From a virus (taxonomy: Duplodnaviria; Caudoviricetes): a stretch of DNA of 31,025 nucleotides. A model generated the notes under the pieces. That model made no database searches, was not told the DNA's origin, and saw only the letters and a program-made list of their open reading frames with translations. Of the stretch, positions 26,276 through 31,025 are shown piece by piece. How positions within the stretch are numbered: position 1 is the first letter of the stretch; each line of letters starts with the position of its first letter. The position numbers and the translations under genes are program-made. The DNA lies in IMG/VR virus record IMGVR_UViG_3300033067_000637, positions 1-31,025 of that record, one strand, 5' to 3'.

Positions 26276-26749
26276 ATGTTTAAATTCATGACTGCAGCCC
26301 TTGTGGCTGCTTTCGTGTTTCTTAGCCCCGTAGGGGCGGAAGCATATGGAATAGCAGATAGCTTTACATACAATAACGCCCCCAAGCATACCGCGGCAAG
26401 TCGGCATACTCAGAGGCGTTATCACAAGCACGTACAGGTGTCGGTTAAATCTTCCCACCGATCTTCTTACCTTCCCCGTACAATGGGGCCACGACCTCGT
26501 GCTTGGTGCGGATGGTATATGCGATCAATCTATGGCGGCGGTCCTAATATGAATGTCGCCCGTAACTGGATCAACTACGGAAATAGCACGCACCCTAAGA
26601 TTGGTGCTGTTGTTGTCTGGCCACACCATGTTGGATATATCGTGGGGCAAGACAGTAGGGGCTGGATCGTACGTTCCGGGAACTGGAACAACAGAGTCGC
26701 TGATGTCCCCCTTAGCCGGATGGGTAGGCCCATCGCCTTTCGTAGTTAG
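26276..26749 (+). CDS. Secreted CHAP/NlpC-P60-like cysteine peptidase (putative peptidoglycan hydrolase)
   Basis: Signal peptide ending ...GAEA, an H/R/S-rich linker, then AWCGW...ARNW..YG...GAVVVWPHHVGYI...SGN (Cys-His dyad pattern). AAGGA RBS. Confidence 0.75.
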   Translation: MFKFMTAALVAAFVFLSPVGAEAYGIADSFTYNNAPKHTAASRHTQRRYHKHVQVSVKSSHRSSYLPRTMGPRPRAWCGWYMRSIYGGGPNMNVARNWINYGNSTHPKIGAVVVWPHHVGYIVGQDSRGWIVRSGNWNNRVADVPLSRMGRPIAFRS

Positions 26750-27088
26750 GTTATCGATAAGTTTACTAGCTGCTCCCTTTACTGGCCGGTCATCGATAAG
26801 GTTACCGGTTGCAATAGCATCAAGTATGATAGCCATACAAGCGGCCACGTGAGCAGCGTGGTGACACCCAGAATCGTTAGCCTTGTCCTCCCCGTCCAAG
26901 AGTTGGAGTAGATGTCGCTGAGCAGCCCCGATATAAACAGTGAGGTTAACAGGGTGACTACGCCAGTTGTAAGGTCCATACTTTAACGCTCCGTTCTTCA
27001 TGGCCATAGCCATCTCAATAACTCCAGCCGCTGGTACCAAGTGTACTGGCGGCTTTTTTATACCTACTCTATCTTTAGGATTTGTCAT
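26525..27088 (-). CDS. DUF5664-type dATP/dGTP diphosphohydrolase
   Basis: NPKD..G..K..VHLVP...GALKYGPYNWR...YIGAAQRHL....GED...DSGCHHAAHVAACMAIILDA...LIDDRP. The last ~75 codons overlap the opposite-strand gene. Confidence 0.85.
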   Translation of the reverse strand: MTNPKDRVGIKKPPVHLVPAAGVIEMAMAMKNGALKYGPYNWRSHPVNLTVYIGAAQRHLLQLLDGEDKANDSGCHHAAHVAACMAIILDAIATGNLIDDRPVKGAASKLIDNLTTKGDGPTHPAKGDISDSVVPVPGTYDPAPTVLPHDISNMVWPDNNSTNLRVRAISVVDPVTGDIHIRTAAID

Positions 27089-27395
27089 CCATAATCCATT
27101 TCACTGTCTTAGGGTTGTCTTTAATCCAGCCGAAGATAATAGGAGACATGGCAGTAACGTAAGCTTCTTCGAGTCCTTTAAAGTCAAGACCCGCTACGTC
27201 AATCATTGCATGGAGACTCTCGTGAATGAGAGTCTCTTTCTTCATCTGATCACACTGCTTTTTCTCAATATCGATGATCTTGAAGACACTATCATGTTGT
27301 CCGTGAAGTCGTGCACCGTCTGCGTGTCTCAAATTTTCAACATGATTGACCTTAAAAGTAAAAGGTCCTATCTTAATCTTGTTTGGCAATGCCAT
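27075..27395 (-). CDS. Small HExxH zinc-metallopeptidase-like protein (ImmA/IrrE-like fold)
   Basis: LPNKIKIGPFTFKV...ETLIHESLHA...EEAYV. The start is ATG 27395 or GTG 27404. Confidence 0.7.
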   Translation of the reverse strand: MALPNKIKIGPFTFKVNHVENLRHADGARLHGQHDSVFKIIDIEKKQCDQMKKETLIHESLHAMIDVAGLDFKGLEEAYVTAMSPIIFGWIKDNPKTVKWIMDDKS

Positions 27396-27711
27396 ATCGT
27401 TCACTCAGTTTGCTTGTGTTATGTGCAATAGCTTCATCGAGAGTGAGACCTAGAGTATTGAGAATACAAGTGATGCCCCAAAGAACATCACCGCATTCAT
27501 CAAGAACTTTCTTAGGATCTAGTTCGATATCTTTACGTAGAGACTTCTCGTACAGCTCTTGAACTTCACCTGCCTCGCAGTTCATCTGTGAAGCTGCCCA
27601 GTATCCTTTCAAGAAGAGCTGGTCCTTGAACTTAAACTCATTACCAGTAGGCTGAGGTACATTAGCAACAAAGTTCTGGTATTCTTCCAAGTTACATTCC
27701 ACAGTGTCCAC
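27373..27711 (-). CDS. mazG: MazG-like nucleotide pyrophosphohydrolase
   Basis: EAGEVQELYEK...LDECGDVLW...N..KLSERY MazG pattern. The probable GTG start at 27711 follows GGAGG (TTG 27690 is also possible). Confidence 0.85.
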   Translation of the reverse strand: MDTVECNLEEYQNFVANVPQPTGNEFKFKDQLFLKGYWAASQMNCEAGEVQELYEKSLRKDIELDPKKVLDECGDVLWGITCILNTLGLTLDEAIAHNTSKLSERYGIAKQD

Positions 27712-29350
27712 CTTTACCTCCAATAAGACAGATATCATTCTCTTCTACATGCTCGTCAAACTCTTCACCTAGTTTGTCGACAACATCTTTATAATCCACC
27801 CTAGAAAGAGGCTGTCCACCACGAGCGCCATCAGGATAACAAGTAAAGCCGCGTAGTCTACTAGCGTACCGTGCAAGAGTTCCGGCAAACTCCTTCGCAT
27901 CAAACGACTGGGAGTCCACAGAAGGTAGGTTGATAGTGCTGCTGATAGACATGTCAACATAGTCTTGTACATCCGCTTGGAATTTAATACGTCGTTCATA
28001 GTCTACAGCAAGATCAGATGCAGTCTCAATACTCTCTGGATCAATACCTTGCTTAACGAGAATGTTAGCAATCGCGTCTATTCCGTACTGGTACTTCCAC
28101 CGATTTCCACCTGTAAGATAACGTCGCTTGTATGCAACGGCGTAGAGAGGTTCGATCCCCGTAGATGTTCCAGCCACCATGCCAATGGTACCTGTAGGAG
28201 CAATTGCACGGTTTGCGACTGGAGTTGATACTCCCAATCGATTAGCGATGCCTTTACTAGTACTGTCTGAGACTCCTTTGTAGACGGTAAGCCATCTGTG
28301 AAGTTCCGGGACAACTTCATACTTATATCCTCGTTTAATCAACCATTCATGAACACCCATGAGACCAAGACCAAGTCTACGGTTCTTCTCTCTGATGTTC
28401 TTTACTTTGTCGTAGGGCAGATCAGCTTTGAGAGTCCCGCAGAGTAGGAAGACTGTACTAAGTTCTGTGACGGCAGCAAGTTCGTCAATGTCACGAATGC
28501 GGCTGAGATTAAGAGAGCCGAGATTACATACGTCGCTGTCATCGCTACTCGTGACTTCCGTGCAAGCATTTCTGAGCGTCTCATTTTCTTTGTCGAAGAA
28601 GTTGAACGAGAAGCCGGGTTCACCGGTCTTAAGGGCCTGCTCCACGTTAGTGAGGAAGACTTCACCAACCTCACCGGTTCGATAGTAATTCTGTAACCAC
28701 TCTGTATCATAATTCACCGATATGTTTGTCATATCCAAAGGAGCGTTGTAGTTGAAGTCAGCTTCCTTAAGATCAGCAACAGTCTTATCTGTGCCAGCTA
28801 CATTAATTGAATGCCAGTCCTTAGCCTTCAAGAACCAGTCGACGTCTCCATGTTTCCAGTTAAGGCTAGCGTAGATAGCACTGCGTCTCGATCCTCCCTG
28901 GATAACGTTTCTCCCGATCTCATTGACCATGAACATCTTAGGAATCGGGCCTGACGCTCTTCCACCAGTGCGTCGTATTGTCTGTTTACTGTCTCGATAA
29001 ACTGAATAATCGACTCCAATTCCTCCACCTGTAAGGAGGCAGGACTCAGCTTTCCAACTAAGATTTGCCCAGTCTTCTCTAGTATCTTCTTCCGCTCTAA
29101 GGAGGTAACAGTTGTTGTAGAACCTCTTGTCTCTTCCTGCATAGTAAAGATACCTTCCTCCAGGAATAAACTTCATGTCAGACATATACTTAATCAGTTG
29201 TGATTTGTCTTCTGGAGACAAAACATCTTCAACAACTTCATTAACCAATACTCGACACAAGTCTTCCCACTGCTCACAACCAGTGTGAGAATACTTACGC
29301 ATATATGTGTCGTAGGACAGCTTGCTATTAAAAGGCTTAGGAAATTCCAT
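27692..29350 (-). CDS. nrdJ: Ribonucleotide reductase, class II (adenosylcobalamin-dependent) type
   Basis: FIPGGR, NNCY, GGGIG, GGSRRSA, GEPG, NACTE (finger-loop Cys), CNLGSLNL, RRLGLGLMG, APTG, STGIEP and a C-terminal Cys pair. No beta-subunit gene is adjacent. Start revised to MEFPKPF (29350). Confidence 0.88.
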   Translation of the reverse strand: MEFPKPFNSKLSYDTYMRKYSHTGCEQWEDLCRVLVNEVVEDVLSPEDKSQLIKYMSDMKFIPGGRYLYYAGRDKRFYNNCYLLRAEEDTREDWANLSWKAESCLLTGGGIGVDYSVYRDSKQTIRRTGGRASGPIPKMFMVNEIGRNVIQGGSRRSAIYASLNWKHGDVDWFLKAKDWHSINVAGTDKTVADLKEADFNYNAPLDMTNISVNYDTEWLQNYYRTGEVGEVFLTNVEQALKTGEPGFSFNFFDKENETLRNACTEVTSSDDSDVCNLGSLNLSRIRDIDELAAVTELSTVFLLCGTLKADLPYDKVKNIREKNRRLGLGLMGVHEWLIKRGYKYEVVPELHRWLTVYKGVSDSTSKGIANRLGVSTPVANRAIAPTGTIGMVAGTSTGIEPLYAVAYKRRYLTGGNRWKYQYGIDAIANILVKQGIDPESIETASDLAVDYERRIKFQADVQDYVDMSISSTINLPSVDSQSFDAKEFAGTLARYASRLRGFTCYPDGARGGQPLSRVDYKDVVDKLGEEFDEHVEENDICLIGGKGGHCGM

Positions 29351-29522
29351 CTTCATCCACTTCTCGTTTGAGGAATGGGGGGAGACATGCGTAACCACCA
29401 TTGAGTAGAATAGACAAACATTCCTCTGGGGAAAGGTCCATCTCTTCGAGAGCATCCTCTAGACTATAAAGATCTAGAAGTTCTCTGATCTCGGCTTCGA
29501 ACTTATCTCGCTCACCAAACAC
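29337..29522 (-). CDS. Small acidic hypothetical protein (61 aa)
   Basis: The GTG start just after the phosphoesterase stop gives MFGERDKFEAEIRELLDLYSLEDALEEMD.... Confidence 0.65.
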   Translation of the reverse strand: MFGERDKFEAEIRELLDLYSLEDALEEMDLSPEECLSILLNGGYACLPPFLKREVDEDGIS

Positions 29523-29526
29523 GGTT

Positions 29527-30291
29527 TTACTTCTTCTTATATTCTTTTTTGATTGAGTTGAGAGAGATAAACTTAGGGTCATATTGTCCATCCTCTACGT
29601 TCTGCAGGAGCGTCACTCCCCGCCACCATAGACGAGCACTATCGCCAGCATAAGACATATCATAATCAATCATACAGCCGCCGACAAGGCCCATGATTTT
29701 CTTACCGTCTGCTCTAGTCTTCACAGACCAATCGACCAAATGGCTATGGCCGACACAACAGCTAGTGTAACGCTTACTGAGAATGGAAGCCGCACTATTC
29801 TCTCCACCGATGGGTCTACCAGAAATACCACTAACCAAGTAATGAGCGTAGTAAATACCGTCGACAATGATGCCACCTGGGGTAGAACCTGAGTAAGGAA
29901 TGACTGTGTCATAGTATCTCTCTAGGTCAAGATCTTTATACGAAACAACTCCGTCGAGTTCTGGCTGGAGATCAATAGCTCTGTCAATTCTTTGTTCATG
30001 GTTCCCAATGAGTGTAATACGTCTTGGAAGCCTTTTCTTTGCTCTTCGGTAAGGGCTCCATAGTCTAGATTGGAAATCATTGTGCGAAGAGATGTCAGCA
30101 GCGTAAGTGCGACCCTGGAATGAACGCTTACCTCTGTCGTATGAACAGAGTGAGGACATGTCTGCCGTATCCCCTCCGTTGACGACAACATCCGGTCGTA
30201 GATCGAAGATAAGTTTTCCAAGCCAGTCTGCTCGATCATTGTTGTGTTCCGGATTTGCATGACAATCAGTTATAAATAGATGGGACGGCAT
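29527..30291 (-). CDS. Calcineurin-like metallophosphoesterase
   Basis: Motifs DCH, GDTAD, GNHE, YAH and GHSH. Confidence 0.9.
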   Translation of the reverse strand: MPSHLFITDCHANPEHNNDRADWLGKLIFDLRPDVVVNGGDTADMSSLCSYDRGKRSFQGRTYAADISSHNDFQSRLWSPYRRAKKRLPRRITLIGNHEQRIDRAIDLQPELDGVVSYKDLDLERYYDTVIPYSGSTPGGIIVDGIYYAHYLVSGISGRPIGGENSAASILSKRYTSCCVGHSHLVDWSVKTRADGKKIMGLVGGCMIDYDMSYAGDSARLWWRGVTLLQNVEDGQYDPKFISLNSIKKEYKKK

Positions 30292-30709
30292 TCTTAAACC
30301 ACTCCTTGGGCACGTGGCCTATTGCGTATTCGAAACCATTCTTCATTGCCCACTCGGAGTATCGTGTCTTCGATCCAGAGTACAGTTTATTATCTTGAGC
30401 AAAAATGAGCTTAAGGTCGATCGTGGGGACAGCTTCCTTAACCGCCAGAAGTTTCGTGCGATCGCTGGGTCGTAGGTACCCTTTGACTTCAATATAGAAC
30501 GTAGTTCCGTCTGCTCGCTGGCAGATAAAATCCGGCACATAGTATCTTCGTATGGTGTATGGTATGCGCGCAGTTTCATATTCTATCTTTACCTTTTTGA
30601 TACGCTCCATCTCCTTGAACATCTTGATTTCTAGGAGAGAGCGGTATTCCCTGTCTTTGTAAAGGAGCCCTTTGCGTAGGCTCTTCTTGATTTTCTTTCG
30701 GAAAGCCAT
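30266..30709 (-). CDS. T7 endonuclease I-like (Holliday junction resolvase) nuclease
   Basis: YRSLLE...YE...IPY...YVPDF...YIEVKGY...DRTK...Y..WA.KNGF. Confidence 0.88.
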   Translation of the reverse strand: MAFRKKIKKSLRKGLLYKDREYRSLLEIKMFKEMERIKKVKIEYETARIPYTIRRYYVPDFICQRADGTTFYIEVKGYLRPSDRTKLLAVKEAVPTIDLKLIFAQDNKLYSGSKTRYSEWAMKNGFEYAIGHVPKEWFKNAVPSIYN

Positions 30710-30711
30710 GC

Positions 30712-31025
30712 TTATGTACGATGCCTGTTTGTGTCTTCTGGAACATCAGGCTCTCTAAGAACTTTAACAAGCCATCTCGGTCCATTTGAATAGATAAACT
30801 TTCTTAAAGAAGGCCAACAAGTCCACTTGTATTCACAGTATCTGCATTCCATGCATAGCTGCAAGTTACCGCTTTTGCCATCAGGTTCAGCAAAATAACC
30901 CCTACCAGGAGGCTCAGGCAAATTACACATGTCATCTGCAGTCTGTACCTTAGCTTTAATTGCTGCAATTGATACGTGCGATCTGTTGTATTCGTCGAGG
31001 ACAACATGTCCAAGTTCTTTGTCGA
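30712..31025 (-). CDS. Cas4-like PD-(D/E)xK exonuclease, C-terminal part (starts beyond the window)
   Basis: The frame is open from the window edge (DKELGHVVLDEY...) through PDGKSGN..LCMECRYCEYKWTCW, a CxxC-x5-C cluster motif. Confidence 0.75.
   Translation of the reverse strand, partial: DKELGHVVLDEYNRSHVSIAAIKAKVQTADDMCNLPEPPGRGYFAEPDGKSGNLQLCMECRYCEYKWTCWPSLRKFIYSNGPRWLVKVLREPDVPEDTNRHRT

Noticed and set aside
29351-29455. N-terminal extension of the RNR in the ORF track
   Set aside because: It overlaps the upstream small acidic gene. The plausible protein begins at MEFPKPF (29350) or 29356.

Overview
This is about 31 kb of a lytic podovirus-type phage genome. The architecture resembles SIO1/VpV262/cobavirus (Zobellviridae-like) phages. 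The host is probably an alphaproteobacterium, which I infer from a secreted CHAP-like protein. The + strand (2372-26749) is a complete morphogenesis arm: small and large terminase, portal, scaffold, major capsid, two accessory capsid-region proteins, a repeat-containing tail fibre, a lysis cassette, tail tube/nozzle proteins, three internal virion proteins and a secreted CHAP-like protein. The - strand (26525-31025) ends the DNA-metabolism arm: Cas4-like exonuclease (partial), T7 endonuclease I-like nuclease, metallophosphoesterase, class II ribonucleotide reductase, MazG-like protein, HExxH protein and DUF5664 dNTP diphosphohydrolase. At the left are two - strand early genes and the probable genome-end/divergent promoter region (1740-2370). 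The most striking unexplained element is a ~620-nt intergenic stretch (605-1220). It is almost continuously tiled with hairpins whose internal wobbles favour a - strand RNA, so it is a candidate large structured ncRNA or regulatory leader. It lies directly downstream of a small basic protein gene and sequesters the next gene's ribosome-binding site. All family calls come from motif recognition and synteny; no database searches were run.
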